Assembly (NCBI GenBank): GCA_042093735.1
Contig: JBELEM010000004.1
Coordinates: 12,407-76,406, forward strand
Source: Hellea sp.
Lineage (GTDB): Bacteria; Pseudomonadota; Alphaproteobacteria; Caulobacterales; Maricaulaceae
Direction of reading: 5' to 3'
DNA length: 64,000 nt
Shown: in pieces, positions 52,046 through 64,000 of the stretch
How the letters are laid out: every line of letters begins with the position of its first letter
Numbering within the stretch: position 1 is the first letter of the stretch
Translations under genes and position numbers: made by a program
Notes under the pieces: generated by a model
The model's input: the letters and a program-made list of their open reading frames with translations, nothing else
Told to the model about the DNA's origin: nothing
The model's database searches: none

Positions 52046-53431
52046 TTAGCTTTGCATTGCCCAACCTTCAACATCCATAGCCGCCTGCCGTACAGCCTCT
52101 GTAATTGTTGGGTGAGCATGACATGTACGAGCTACATCTTCGCTTGAAGCCTTAAATTCCATAGCTAAAGCCACCTCAGCAATTAAGTCTCCGGCATGAG
52201 AGCCAATTATGTGCGCACCTAAAATTTGATCTGTTTCAGCATGGGCAAGAATCTTTACGAAACCCGTAGTTTGATGATTTGCTCGAGCTCTAGAGTTCGC
52301 AGAAAAGGAAAATTTACCGCGCTTAAAAGGTATGTTAGCGTTAGTTAACTCTTGCTCTGTCTTGCCGACTGAGGCAATTTCTGGGGATGTGTAAACTACA
52401 CCGGGGATTACATTATAGTTAACATGGCCAGCCTTTCCAACAATAATTTCAGCTACCGCAACACCTTCGTCCTCAGCTTTATGAGCTAACATTGGGCCTT
52501 TTGTGCAGTCACCTACTGCATAAATATTCGGTATATTCGTTTTAAAATCATCAGTTATTACATAACCCCGTTCATCTTTTTCAAGATTTATAGCATCTAG
52601 ACCAAGATTATCGGTATTTGGCTTTCGACCGATGCATACCAATACAACATCGGCATTAATAGACTTTGAATTTCCACCTGAGCTTGCTTCGGTTTGAACT
52701 TCTAAACCATTATTTATTTTATTGACGCTTACAACTTTCCTACTAAGTTCAAATTTCATTTTTTGCTTTTTAAAAATTCGTAAAGATTGTTTTTGGATTT
52801 CAGAATCCATACCTGGCATAATATGGTCGAGATATTCTATCACTGTTACTTCTGAACCCAAACGACGCCAAACAGACCCAAGTTCCAAACCTATAACACC
52901 CCCCCCTATAACAACTAATTTATTTGGGACTTTGTCTAAATTTAAAGCACCAGTCGAAGATACAATATTCTTCTCATCAATTTCTACATTTGGTAACTGC
53001 GCAACACTAGAACCTGTAGCAATAACAATATTCTTTGTAATGTGGGGCTCACCATCAATCTCAACTGTACAAGCATCAATAATTTTACCTGTCCCATTTT
53101 TGTGCTTAACGTTATTTTTTTTAAATAAAAATTCTATTCCTGATGTTAGCCCATTAACTGTCTTTTCTTTAGCTAACATCATTTTTTTAAGGTCAAAGCT
53201 TATATCCCCCACTAGGCCCATATCCATAAAATTATTTTGAGCCGTCTCCAGCATTTCAGTAGAGTGAAGTAATGCCTTCGATGGAATACATCCTACATTT
53301 AAGCATGTCCCGCCAAGCGTTCCGCGACTTTCCACGCATAAAACCTTTAGGCCTAACTGTCCACAACGAATGGCGCAATTATAACCGCCAGGCCCGCCCC
53401 CAATGACTATTATATCATAATTATCTGACAT
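52046..53431 (-). CDS. lpdA: Dihydrolipoamide dehydrogenase (ODH-linked)
   Basis: Motifs GGTCLNVGCIPSK and HPTITE. Start placed at ATG 53431 (MSDNYD), after a GGAG RBS. Confidence 0.96.
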   Translation of the reverse strand: MSDNYDIIVIGGGPGGYNCAIRCGQLGLKVLCVESRGTLGGTCLNVGCIPSKALLHSTEMLETAQNNFMDMGLVGDISFDLKKMMLAKEKTVNGLTSGIEFLFKKNNVKHKNGTGKIIDACTVEIDGEPHITKNIVIATGSSVAQLPNVEIDEKNIVSSTGALNLDKVPNKLVVIGGGVIGLELGSVWRRLGSEVTVIEYLDHIMPGMDSEIQKQSLRIFKKQKMKFELSRKVVSVNKINNGLEVQTEASSGGNSKSINADVVLVCIGRKPNTDNLGLDAINLEKDERGYVITDDFKTNIPNIYAVGDCTKGPMLAHKAEDEGVAVAEIIVGKAGHVNYNVIPGVVYTSPEIASVGKTEQELTNANIPFKRGKFSFSANSRARANHQTTGFVKILAHAETDQILGAHIIGSHAGDLIAEVALAMEFKASSEDVARTCHAHPTITEAVRQAAMDVEGWAMQS

Positions 53432-53500
53432 GAAAACTCCGTAGTTAATCAATTATCATTAGTTTAATTAATCTCAGCTTGGCTATAAACAATTGTAACA

Positions 53501-54982
53501 TTAGAGGTCTAGCAATAAACGTTCAGGGTCTTCCAAGCACTCTTTAACTCGTACAAGAAAAGTTACAGCCTCTTTGCCATCGACTATACGATGATCATAA
53601 CTTAATGCTAAATACATCATAGGTCTGATAACAATTTTATCATCTATAACAACGGGGCGCTTCTCTATTTTATGCATACCTAAAATGCCAACTTGCGGAG
53701 GGTTGAGTATTGGTGATGACATCAATGAACCATAAACTCCCCCATTGGAAATAGTAAATGTTCCGCCCATCATGTCATCCATTGAAAGCAATCCATCGCG
53801 AGCCTTTGCCCCTAAGTCTCCTATACCTTTTTCGATGCCACCAAGAGAGAGACTATCGCAACCTCTCAGGACTGGCACTACAAGTCCTTTTGGGGTACCA
53901 ACAGCTACACTAATGTCATAATAGTTTTTATAGATAATATCAGTACCATCTATTTCGGCATTAACAGCTGGAACATCCTTGAGCGCCTGTACACATGCCT
54001 TGACGAAAAAACTCATAAAGCCGAGCTTTACCCCGTGTTTTGAAACAAAAATTTCCTTATAATTATTTCGTATCCTCATTATGTTACTCATATCTACTTC
54101 GTTATAAGTAGTAAGCATGGCAGCAGTATTTTGAGCATCCTTCAAACGTCGAGAAATGGTTTGACGCAACCGTGACATACGCACTCTCTCTTCTCTTGGT
54201 TCTGATACCATTACTCCACCTTGATGAGTACTGCTTTCAGTGAGAACTGGGGAGTCTAATTTTGCACTTGCGATTGCAGACAAAGTATCGCCTTTGGTTA
54301 TTCTGCCATCCTTACCATGACCTTTAATGGAGGAGCTATCAAGATTATTTTCTTTAATAAGTCTCTCTGCACTTGGCATAGGAGCCTTATCAGGCTTCAC
54401 AGTTTCAGCTTTATCATCAGAAACTGTACTTCCTTTATTATTATCAACCTTTTTATCCACGTCAATTTGGTTTAACTCACAAAGAACCTGACCTACTGAT
54501 GCAGTTTCACCCTCAATAATATTAATAGCACTAATTATGCCTGCTACGGGCGCTACAATCTCTTGAGAGGCTTTATCTGTTTCGAGTTCTACTATGGCTT
54601 CATCTTTAAATACAGTATCACCAATATTTTTATTCCAAGATGCCACGGTAACTTCTGATACTGACTCTCCCAAATTTGGAACTAAAATTTGAGTTGAAGG
54701 GGTTTTACTAGAAGCCGGTGTCTCTTTGAGTAGAGAAGAACTGGAGTTATTTGAATTTATACGTGCCACTAAAGTTCCTACAGCGACATTATCACCCTCG
54801 CTTACTAGTATTTCTTCCATAATTCCGTCTGCAGGAGAAACAATCTCTTGAGCAGCCTTATCAGTTTCAAGCTCGAGAATAGGATCATCTTTTTTTATAA
54901 TATCGCCTACTTTTTTAAACCATTGAGCAATTGTAACCTCAGAAACACTTTCACCAACATTTGGAATAATAATATCAGTCAT
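53501..54982 (-). CDS. sucB: 2-oxoglutarate dehydrogenase E2 (two lipoyl domains)
   Basis: Two GESV...ETDKA domains, [10 protein letters not shown] and DHRIVDG. Confidence 0.97.
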   Translation of the reverse strand: MTDIIIPNVGESVSEVTIAQWFKKVGDIIKKDDPILELETDKAAQEIVSPADGIMEEILVSEGDNVAVGTLVARINSNNSSSSLLKETPASSKTPSTQILVPNLGESVSEVTVASWNKNIGDTVFKDEAIVELETDKASQEIVAPVAGIISAINIIEGETASVGQVLCELNQIDVDKKVDNNKGSTVSDDKAETVKPDKAPMPSAERLIKENNLDSSSIKGHGKDGRITKGDTLSAIASAKLDSPVLTESSTHQGGVMVSEPREERVRMSRLRQTISRRLKDAQNTAAMLTTYNEVDMSNIMRIRNNYKEIFVSKHGVKLGFMSFFVKACVQALKDVPAVNAEIDGTDIIYKNYYDISVAVGTPKGLVVPVLRGCDSLSLGGIEKGIGDLGAKARDGLLSMDDMMGGTFTISNGGVYGSLMSSPILNPPQVGILGMHKIEKRPVVIDDKIVIRPMMYLALSYDHRIVDGKEAVTFLVRVKECLEDPERLLLDL

Positions 54983-54991
54983 ATATCTAAC

Positions 54992-57955
54992 CTATTTTGC
55001 AAAAGCATTATCAATAATGCTTTGCTGTTCTCTTTTGTGTTTAGCTGCAATACCTGTTGCAGTCGAAGCTGCAGAAGGACGACCTATAAAACGTATACGG
55101 TCTCGTTTTACATTTATAGATAGTATTGTTTCATCAATCAGCGGATTGATGAAAGACCAAGCACCCATATTTTTGGGCTCTTCCTGACACCAAACAAATT
55201 CTGCATTCCTAAATCTCTTTAACTCTTTATTCATTGCATGCTCAGGGTAAGGGTACAATTGTTCCACTCTAAGAATATAAACGTCATTTCTTTGAAGTTT
55301 TTCTCTTGCTTCAAATAAATCATAATAAACCTTACCAGAACAAATAATAACCCGTTTTATCTTATTATCAGAACAAAGTTTTATATTTGTTACTTCTGGT
55401 CTAAACTCTGCATCATCCCACAAAAGCCTATGAAAGTCAGAACCTGTTGTCATTTCTTTGAAAGTAGAGACACATAACTTATGACGCAGTAGAGACTTAG
55501 GACTCATATTTATAAGAGGCTTTCTAAAATTACGTTTAACCTGGCGCCTTAAAACATGGAAATAATTTGCAGGAGTGGTTACATTAGTAACCTGCATATT
55601 GTCTTCAGCACACATTTGCAAATAACGCTCGAGCCTTGCGGAACTGTGCTCAGGACCTTGACCCTCATATCCATGCGGTAAAAGCATAACAAGGCCAGAC
55701 ATCCTTAACCATTTTTGTTCAGCACTTGAAATGAATTGGTCGACCATGACTTGAGCACCATTAGCAAAATCACCAAATTGTGCTTCCCAGATAGTCAAGC
55801 TTTTAGGTGATGCGGCTGAAAAACCATATTCAAACCCCAAGACAGCCTCTTCCGATAAATGTGAATTTAATACTTGATAATATTCTTGCTTATCAGAAAT
55901 ATTATTTAGAGGTGTATATTTTTCTTCAGTTAACTGGTCTATTATATGCGACTGTCTTTGAGAAAAAGTACCTCTTTCTGAATCTTGACCAGACAACCGA
56001 ACAGGGTGTCCTTCAGATATTAAGGTTCCAAAAGCTAGATGTTCAGCAAGCCCCCAATCAATATTTTCTTCTCCAACAACTTTCTCAAATCTAGCATTTA
56101 TTATCCGTTTTAAAGTACGGTGGATATTAACGGACTCAGGGATAGAAGTTATTTTCTGACCAATTTCTCTAAGCACATCTAACTTCACTGATGTATCTCC
56201 TTGGCGTCTCTCGTCTTTTTCCTCAGGCTGAGATAAACCTTGCCATACTCCTTGTAACCAGTCTGGAGGTTGAGTTTTAAATGTCTTTGCTTTTTCAAAT
56301 TCAGAGTCTAATTGCGCGTAAACACTCGCTACATCAACCTGATGTTCCTCTTCAGTTATATCGCCCGCTGCGATTAACCGCTCAGCATAAATTTCTCTTG
56401 TTGTCTTTTTTCCTTCAATTGCTTTGTACATTAAAGGCTGGGTAAAAGAGGGGTCATCGCCTTCATTGTGCCCGTATCTTCTATAACAGATAATATCAAG
56501 TACAACATCTTTTCCAAATTTCTGGCGATACTCAGTTGCCACCCTTGCAGCAAAAACAACTGCTTCTGGGTCATCTCCGTTAACATGGAATACTGGAGCC
56601 TCAACTATAAACGCCACATCAGAGCAGTATTGACCAGAGCGATACTCACTTGGTGTAGTTGTAAAACCAATTTGATTATTTACAACAACATGAATCGTAC
56701 CCCCAGTTCTATAACCCACTAATTGGCTCATTTGGAAGCATTCCATAACAACACCCTGACCTGCAAAAGCACTATCACCATGAAGAATGACTGCCATAAC
56801 TTTTTCGGGATTATGCGATTGATATGTCCCAGAGGCCATTTGTTGCTTTGCTCGTGCCTTACCAATAACTACTGGCGAAACAACCTCAAGATGCGAAGGG
56901 TTAGGCGCGAGAGAAAGGTGAACATTATTTCCATCAAATTGGCGATCGTTAGATACGCCCAAGTGATATTTTACATCTCCAGAACCATAGTCATCACCTC
57001 CTGATGATACTCCACCTAAGAATTCATGAAAGATAGCAGAATAGGGCTTTTGCATGACAGAAGCCATTACGTTTAAACGCCCTCTGTGTGGCATGCCAAA
57101 GTTAATATCTTCAAGTCCTAATTGCCCACCTCGTTTAATGATTTGCTCTAATGCTGGCAGCAAACTTTCAGCACCATCAAGGCCAAAACGTTTTGTACCA
57201 GGATATCGCTTATGAATAAGTTGTTCAAACGACTCACCTTCAATAAGTTTTTGTAAAATTGCTCTTCTACCTTCTTTAGAAAAACTAATTTCTTTATCTG
57301 GACCTTCAATACGCTGTTGTAGCCAACTCTTTTCGTCTGGGTCGGATATATGCATAAATTGCATTCCAAAAGTCGAACAATAAGTCCGCTTAAGAATTTC
57401 TAATATTCTATTAATGGACGCAGTTTGTAGTCCCAGAACTCCATCTATAAAAATCTCTCTATCCAAATCGTTATCAGTAAACCCATATGTTGAGGGCTCT
57501 AGCTCTGAGTGTACCTCTGGTTTTACCATATTTAGTGGGTCAAGGTTAGCTATTAAATGGCCTCGCATACGGAAAGCTCTGATTAACATTAGAGCACGTA
57601 AACTATCTTTAGTTGCTTGCCTAACATCTTTGATAGAAGCATTAGGCATACGTTTAGAAATCTCTTTTTCTAACGTAACATTTTCATCCCAATCTGAAGT
57701 TAGTGCTGAAGTCATTTCTCCGTTTATGTCTTTGGGCCAATTTGTAGATTTCCAACTTGGGCCATCTGCATTTAGTTTAGCATTATTAGAGTCTTCCCCA
57801 AGAGAAGAGAAATATTGTTGCCAACTAGGGTCAACACTTTGGGGGTTAGCAAAAAATCTAGCTTGCATTTTTTCAAGATAAGACGCGTTTCCGCCATCGA
57901 GAAATAATGTCTCAAGCATTTCTTTATTTTTTTTACTACGACTTTTGTCAGCCAT
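54992..57955 (-). CDS. sucA: 2-oxoglutarate dehydrogenase E1
   Basis: Motifs GMPHRGRLN, HGDSAFAGQG, WEAQFGDF and HGYEGQGPEHSS. Confidence 0.98.
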   Translation of the reverse strand: MADKSRSKKNKEMLETLFLDGGNASYLEKMQARFFANPQSVDPSWQQYFSSLGEDSNNAKLNADGPSWKSTNWPKDINGEMTSALTSDWDENVTLEKEISKRMPNASIKDVRQATKDSLRALMLIRAFRMRGHLIANLDPLNMVKPEVHSELEPSTYGFTDNDLDREIFIDGVLGLQTASINRILEILKRTYCSTFGMQFMHISDPDEKSWLQQRIEGPDKEISFSKEGRRAILQKLIEGESFEQLIHKRYPGTKRFGLDGAESLLPALEQIIKRGGQLGLEDINFGMPHRGRLNVMASVMQKPYSAIFHEFLGGVSSGGDDYGSGDVKYHLGVSNDRQFDGNNVHLSLAPNPSHLEVVSPVVIGKARAKQQMASGTYQSHNPEKVMAVILHGDSAFAGQGVVMECFQMSQLVGYRTGGTIHVVVNNQIGFTTTPSEYRSGQYCSDVAFIVEAPVFHVNGDDPEAVVFAARVATEYRQKFGKDVVLDIICYRRYGHNEGDDPSFTQPLMYKAIEGKKTTREIYAERLIAAGDITEEEHQVDVASVYAQLDSEFEKAKTFKTQPPDWLQGVWQGLSQPEEKDERRQGDTSVKLDVLREIGQKITSIPESVNIHRTLKRIINARFEKVVGEENIDWGLAEHLAFGTLISEGHPVRLSGQDSERGTFSQRQSHIIDQLTEEKYTPLNNISDKQEYYQVLNSHLSEEAVLGFEYGFSAASPKSLTIWEAQFGDFANGAQVMVDQFISSAEQKWLRMSGLVMLLPHGYEGQGPEHSSARLERYLQMCAEDNMQVTNVTTPANYFHVLRRQVKRNFRKPLINMSPKSLLRHKLCVSTFKEMTTGSDFHRLLWDDAEFRPEVTNIKLCSDNKIKRVIICSGKVYYDLFEAREKLQRNDVYILRVEQLYPYPEHAMNKELKRFRNAEFVWCQEEPKNMGAWSFINPLIDETILSINVKRDRIRFIGRPSAASTATGIAAKHKREQQSIIDNAFAK

Positions 57956-57985
57956 AACATACCGTCTTTCAGAGCAATTAAGCTC

Positions 57986-58873
57986 CTATCCGTTGAGAAC
58001 TTCCATCATTGTAACGCCGAGCTTTGCAGGCGAGTTAGAAACACGTATACCTGCTTTCTCCATTGCCATTATTTTATCTTCAGCACCGCCTTTTCCACCA
58101 GAGACTATTGCCCCGGCATGCCCCATGGTTCGACCTGGAGGAGCAGTACGTCCTGCAATAAAGCCGACCATCGGTTTTTTAATACCTTTTTTGGCCATAT
58201 GCGAAACGTATTCAGCGGCCTCTTCTTCAGCGGATCCTCCAATTTCACCAATCATTATTATTTGCTTGGTATCCGAGTCGTCAAAAAATAATTCTAAGCA
58301 ATCTATGAAGTTTGTCCCATTGATGGGATCTCCGCCAATGCCAATGGCAGTAGTCTGCCCCAAACCAACCTGTGAGGTTTGGTAAACAGCTTCATATGTT
58401 AGTGTCCCTGAACGCGATACAACACCGCAAGTTCCTTTTTTAAATATTTTACCTGGCATAATTCCAATTTTACATTCCTCTGGAGTTAAAACACCTGGGC
58501 AATTAGGACCTATTAATCTAGAATTTGATCCTTGAAGCGCTCTTTTTACAGGTATCATATCAGTTACAGGAACCCCTTCAGTGATTGCAATAATCAATTC
58601 CATCTGAGCCTCTATAGCCTCTAGAATTGAGTCTGCTGCAAAGGGAGGGGGAACGTAAATTACTGAAGCTGTTGCACCAGTCGCATGCTTAGCCTCAGCA
58701 ACAGTATCATAATTTGGCAAACCAATGTGAGTACTTCCACCTTTACCAGGGGTGACGCCAGCAACCATTTTAGTGTTATAATATGCAAGAGCTTGCTCTG
58801 TGTGGAATGTACCGGTTTTACCCGTCATGCCTTGAGTAATAATTTTTGTATCTTTATTTATTAGAACTGACAT
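57986..58873 (-). CDS. sucD: Succinyl-CoA synthetase alpha subunit
   Basis: Motifs [15 protein letters not shown] and MGHAGA. Confidence 0.98.
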   Translation of the reverse strand: MSVLINKDTKIITQGMTGKTGTFHTEQALAYYNTKMVAGVTPGKGGSTHIGLPNYDTVAEAKHATGATASVIYVPPPFAADSILEAIEAQMELIIAITEGVPVTDMIPVKRALQGSNSRLIGPNCPGVLTPEECKIGIMPGKIFKKGTCGVVSRSGTLTYEAVYQTSQVGLGQTTAIGIGGDPINGTNFIDCLELFFDDSDTKQIIMIGEIGGSAEEEAAEYVSHMAKKGIKKPMVGFIAGRTAPPGRTMGHAGAIVSGGKGGAEDKIMAMEKAGIRVSNSPAKLGVTMMEVLNG

Positions 58874-60069
58874 TATATTGCTCCAACCGCTGTTACAATC
58901 TTTTGTGCAGCATCATCTAAGTCATCAGCAGCTATAACGTTCAAACCTGAATTGTTAATAATATTCTTACCTTCTTCTACATTTGTTCCTTCAAGTCTAA
59001 CAACTAACGGAACCTCAAGTCCCACCTCCTTGACTGCATCAACAGTTCCTTGCGCGATAACATCACACTTCATAATTCCGCCAAAGATATTAATCAAAAT
59101 TCCCTTCACCTTGGAATCTGATGTCAAAATTTTAAAAGCGGCTACAATATTTTCTTTAGTAGCGCCCCCGCCCACATCTAAGAAATTTGCAGGTTCTGCA
59201 CCATATAATTTTATAATATCCATGGTTGACATTGCTAGTCCTGCACCATTGACCATACACCCAATATTTCCATCAAGTGCTACATATGATAAATCAAATT
59301 TCTTTGCCTCAGTTTCTTTCGAGTCCTCTTCTGTGATATCCCGCAATTCTTGAATATCTTTATGCCTAAAAAGAGCGTTTTCATCGAAACTTATCTTCGC
59401 GTCTAAGCAATGTAATCTTTGGTCCTTCGTAACAATTAATGGATTAATCTCTAGCATACTCATGTCTTTGGATAGAAAGCCTTCATATAAGGTGCGACCA
59501 AGTGCATTAGCTTGTTTTGCTAAATCTCCATTCAGCTCTAATGCTTTAGCAAGCCTTCGGCCGTGATGAGGCATAAACCCAGTGGCGGGATCAATATCAA
59601 AATTAATAACTTTCTCAGGAGTATCATGGGCCACTGCCTCTATGTCCATACCCCCCTCAGTTGAAATTATAAATGATACACGCGAGGTTTCCCTATTTAT
59701 AATGATAGAGAGATAAAGTTCTCGGTCAATGTCCGAACCATCCTCAATATATAATCTATTAACTTGCTTGCCATCCTCGCCCGTTTGAGCAGTCACAAGG
59801 TGTGATCCAAGCATTTGATGCGCATTTTCTACAACCTCGTCTATGGACCAGGCTAATCTGACACCGCCCTTTTCACCAGCAGATTTTTCTATGAAAGTAC
59901 CTTTTCCGCGTCCACCCGCATGAATTTGCGATTTAACAACCCATAGGGGTCCGCCTAATTCTTTAGCGGCTGCTTCAGCTTCGGAGGCATCAAATATTGC
60001 TATGCCCTTAGATACCGGTGCGCCTATTTGTTTAAGCACAGATTTACCTTGGTATTCATGGATATTCAT
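58873..60069 (-). CDS. sucC: Succinyl-CoA synthetase beta subunit
   Basis: Motifs [12 protein letters not shown] and NGAGLAM. Confidence 0.98.
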   Translation of the reverse strand: MNIHEYQGKSVLKQIGAPVSKGIAIFDASEAEAAAKELGGPLWVVKSQIHAGGRGKGTFIEKSAGEKGGVRLAWSIDEVVENAHQMLGSHLVTAQTGEDGKQVNRLYIEDGSDIDRELYLSIIINRETSRVSFIISTEGGMDIEAVAHDTPEKVINFDIDPATGFMPHHGRRLAKALELNGDLAKQANALGRTLYEGFLSKDMSMLEINPLIVTKDQRLHCLDAKISFDENALFRHKDIQELRDITEEDSKETEAKKFDLSYVALDGNIGCMVNGAGLAMSTMDIIKLYGAEPANFLDVGGGATKENIVAAFKILTSDSKVKGILINIFGGIMKCDVIAQGTVDAVKEVGLEVPLVVRLEGTNVEEGKNIINNSGLNVIAADDLDDAAQKIVTAVGAI

Positions 60070-60330
60070 AGAACTTCTTTCAACTTTTGTTTTATATGAT
60101 CAGTGCTAAATTTAATCTTAACTTGATAGTGTCTATAAGGGTGCTATTTCTCACTAGCAACAGCCGAAAACATATTTTAATTAAAAAAATGAAAGCTAAT
60201 AGCGTTCATCGGTAAACAAATGCTAACTTTAGGACACACAGGCCGAAGTAATTAAAATAAACACTATATTTACTAAAGAAAATTACGGTCTATTAAACAG
60301 TACAAAAACATTTATTTTTTGGGAAGCAGA

Positions 60331-61380
<1,050 letters not shown>

Positions 61381-61389
61381 TTATTTTAA

Positions 61390-62481
61390 TTAGCCTTGAC
61401 CTTCAATAAGCACTCTTCTTTGACTCAGGTATTCTGCACTTCTCATCTCCATTAGTCTACTGGATGTTCTTTCAAATTCAAAAGCTCCGTCACCTTTATT
61501 ATAGAGTTCATGCGGCTCTACCTCAGCGCTAATTATTAATTTTGTTTTTGTTTCATAAAGAGTGTCTATTAATGTTACAAAACGTTTGGCTTCATTGCGA
61601 TTGTGCATACCAAGCTTAGGTACATTTTCTAAAATTAATGTTTGAAAGGCATGAGATAGTTTAAGATAATCCGCAGATCCTAATGCACGGGCACAGAGAT
61701 AGTCAAATGTTGTTCTCGCTGTTCCAGCAGCAGTTTGACTGATTACTAAATTACGCCCTTGAATCCTTAGAGTTGTTTCGTGCCCCCTAGCTGCTCCTGT
61801 TAATCGTTGCCAAGCTTCATCAATAGCTGCCTCTGACTTTGGACCTAAAGGCGTGTAATATACAGGTGCAGCCTGTAGTTGCCTTAATCGATGATCTGTA
61901 TCTCCCCCGAATTCATAAATTTTTAAATGAGCATGCATCATTGGTATAAAAGGTAAAAAAAGAGACCGGTTTAGTCCATCTTTATAAAGATCTTCAGGCG
62001 CTCTATTTGATGTGGCCACAACAACAACATCCTTTCTCCAGAGAACCTCAAAAAGTCGTGACAATATCATAGCATCAGTGATATCCGTGACATGAAATTC
62101 ATCAAAACACAATAATTTGGACTCCCGAGCTATTTCTTTAGCCACCGGCTTAATAGGGTCACCTTTACCAAATTTACGCCAATGATTTATACGAGAATGC
62201 ACAAGAAGCATAAAAGAATGAAAGTGTACTCTTTTTTTATCTTTTACCGCTGCCATATCAAAGAACCAGTCCATTAACATAGACTTACCCCTACCAACCC
62301 CTCCCCAAAGATATAGACCTTTTGTAAATGTAGGGCGTAGTCGAAATTTTCGAAACTCAATTGAACGACTAGATAGTAGCAGTAGCAATTCATCGAGTTG
62401 TTCTGCTGCGTCTAATTGGGATTGATCAGAAGCTAACTCTCCAGCAGCGATCCGGGATTTTAATTCAGAAACTACACTCAT
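61390..62481 (-). CDS. zapE: AFG1/ZapE family ATPase
   Basis: Motifs GGVGRGKS, CFDEF, TSNR and FERTSSRL. Confidence 0.95.
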   Translation of the reverse strand: MSVVSELKSRIAAGELASDQSQLDAAEQLDELLLLLSSRSIEFRKFRLRPTFTKGLYLWGGVGRGKSMLMDWFFDMAAVKDKKRVHFHSFMLLVHSRINHWRKFGKGDPIKPVAKEIARESKLLCFDEFHVTDITDAMILSRLFEVLWRKDVVVVATSNRAPEDLYKDGLNRSLFLPFIPMMHAHLKIYEFGGDTDHRLRQLQAAPVYYTPLGPKSEAAIDEAWQRLTGAARGHETTLRIQGRNLVISQTAAGTARTTFDYLCARALGSADYLKLSHAFQTLILENVPKLGMHNRNEAKRFVTLIDTLYETKTKLIISAEVEPHELYNKGDGAFEFERTSSRLMEMRSAEYLSQRRVLIEGQG

Positions 62482-62654
62482 AGTAAATCAAGTAAAAGAA
62501 GAATTGCTAAAAGTGGTAATCCAAAGCTAATAATTATTAAAATTAGCAGCAGTGGTTTATTTTTTATCGGTGCAGCACGCATAAATCTACCTAACGTGGC
62601 TCTTGATAAGGTCAAGAGGTAGTTAATAAGTAATTTCCTTAAGCTTTCGTTCAT
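62478..62654 (-). CDS. Small single-TM membrane protein; not in the ORF track
   Basis: Hand translation: MNESLRKLLINYLLTLSRATLGRFMRAAPIKNKPLLLILIIISFGLPLLAILLLLDLL* (58 aa; alternative start 62582 gives 34 aa). The stop overlaps the zapE start (ATGA). Confidence 0.55.
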   Translation of the reverse strand: MNESLRKLLINYLLTLSRATLGRFMRAAPIKNKPLLLILIIISFGLPLLAILLLLDLL

Positions 62655-62736
62655 TTTCAGTACATAAAGTGTAATTTATAGAAACAAATCACTAAAACTG
62701 TTTTCTTTTGCGTTTAAAGATATCGGGGAGACCAAA

Positions 62737-63948
62737 ATGGAAAAAATTAGTCAATCAATGGCAGATACCCTACCAAGTAATCTTCAATGGCTTGCAGGAC
62801 CACTGATAGCAATAGGGGTGATTACAATTGGGTACTTCATATCAAAAATTGCACAAGGCATAGTTTCAAGTGCTATAAATCGAACTGGAATTGGCCGAAA
62901 AGTAAAGACAACAGGGGGAAATATTGGAAAATCTTTATCAAAGGCAGTTTTTTGGGTTCTTTGGTTAATATTTATCCTTACAGGTCTTGGTGAGTTTCCA
63001 CTACTTTCTAGTCAACTAAGTTTTTTAAATGGCATGATGGATAATATTTTAAATTACTTACCACAGCTTGCTGTTGGCGCTTTTGTGCTCACGGTGGGGA
63101 TCTTTTTGTCACGAGTTGTTAAAGAGGCACTTACGTCAACTTTAGAAGCAGCTCAAATAGACAATCTTGTAACACGTTTCGGGTTAACTGGTGATGGAGA
63201 AAACTCTACGTCCCTTGCGAAAAGTTCAGGATTGATAATCGCTGCAATTGTAATCATTACAGCTGCTGCAACTGCAATAGGTATCTGGGATATACCTGGT
63301 GTTTCGGACCCTGTAGGAAATCTGTTAAATGCAATTTTAGGATATATACCAAGAATTATTGGAGCGGCAATAATTCTATGCATATTTGTCTTTATTGGTA
63401 AATTTATTTCTAATCTGGCCAAAAGTACATTACCGGCCCTAGGGATTGATAATTCATTATCATCTTTTGCAAGCTTAGATGGTAAAGGAACAAATTTTGT
63501 ACCCTCCAACGTAATTGCAAATATTGGTTTCATAGGTGTAGCATTAACAGGGCTTACAGCAGCTATGAAAGCTCTCGGTATTAATGAGTTAACGAACGTG
63601 TTTAACACTTTGCTTGAAATTGGTGGAAGGGTTGTACTTGGGGCTGTGATTATAGGCGCAGGTCTATTTATAACTAATTTTATAGCAAAAATAGTCACAC
63701 AAACATCTGGTGATCTAGCAGGTAAAATAATTAAATATGCAACTATGGTAATAGTAATATTTATGGGCTTAGAAACTATGCAGCTTGGTGAGGGAATAGT
63801 TGATACTGCGTTTCGTTATTCTGCAATGGCTGCCGCAGTCGCAGCTGGAGCAGGAGGAGCAATTGCTTTTGGTCTTGGCGGTCGTGAATGGGCGGCAAAA
63901 AAACTTGAGCTATGGATGCCAAATGGTAAAAACACACGAAAAAGGTAA
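62737..63948 (+). CDS. CmpX-like membrane protein with repeated conserved TM-helix domains (MscS-associated family)
   Basis: Repeated YLPQL/YIPRI TM units and C-terminal AFGLGGR; GGGGAG RBS upstream. Confidence 0.75.
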   Translation: MEKISQSMADTLPSNLQWLAGPLIAIGVITIGYFISKIAQGIVSSAINRTGIGRKVKTTGGNIGKSLSKAVFWVLWLIFILTGLGEFPLLSSQLSFLNGMMDNILNYLPQLAVGAFVLTVGIFLSRVVKEALTSTLEAAQIDNLVTRFGLTGDGENSTSLAKSSGLIIAAIVIITAAATAIGIWDIPGVSDPVGNLLNAILGYIPRIIGAAIILCIFVFIGKFISNLAKSTLPALGIDNSLSSFASLDGKGTNFVPSNVIANIGFIGVALTGLTAAMKALGINELTNVFNTLLEIGGRVVLGAVIIGAGLFITNFIAKIVTQTSGDLAGKIIKYATMVIVIFMGLETMQLGEGIVDTAFRYSAMAAAVAAGAGGAIAFGLGGREWAAKKLELWMPNGKNTRKR

Positions 63949-64000
63949 CTGCTTGCTAAATTCCACTATCACATATGTTTTGCAGAATAGTTTCATCATT

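Noticed and set aside
52722-53240. 172-aa plus-strand ORF and similar shadow ORFs (e.g. 4337-4723, 57414-57881, 57945-58385, 58952-59353, 63153-63698)
   Set aside because: They lie antisense to well-conserved genes, have the Ser/Pro/Ile/Thr-rich composition typical of reverse-frame translation, and show no recognisable motifs.
63956-64000. Open minus-strand frame at the window edge (NDETILQNICDSGI*)
   Set aside because: It may be the 3' end of a gene beyond the window, but 14 residues cannot be identified.

Overview
An AT-rich, gene-dense chromosomal segment from an alphaproteobacterium. The gene set and synteny suggest a marine, probably streamlined Caulobacterales/Maricaulales-like lineage; this is inference, not a database result. 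It is mostly core metabolism: petABC, hemF, fabA-fabB-fabI, polA, a RamB/ScfR-regulated glyoxylate shunt (aceB-aceA), prfA, rmlCBD, an RND pump, phoR-phoB, and eno-ftsB-pdhABC-lpdA converging on zapE-mdh-sucCDAB-lpdA. I found no tRNA, rRNA, CRISPR array, transposase or phage gene, and no clear multi-gene novel system. Two small ORFs missing from the supplied track were found by hand: a 57-aa zf-CHCC protein and a 58-aa membrane peptide coupled to zapE. The most notable oddities are: (1) an orphan protein resembling a single-chain tandem ribbon-helix-helix, behind a perfect CtrA-type box; (2) a DivJ/PleC-type kinase lacking its sensor region and ATP lid; (3) phoR-phoB without pstCAB-phoU between them but with a Pho box still present; (4) a Fur-box-like palindrome with an RBS-sequestering hairpin between two convergent lpdA genes; (5) a deaminase-only RibD.
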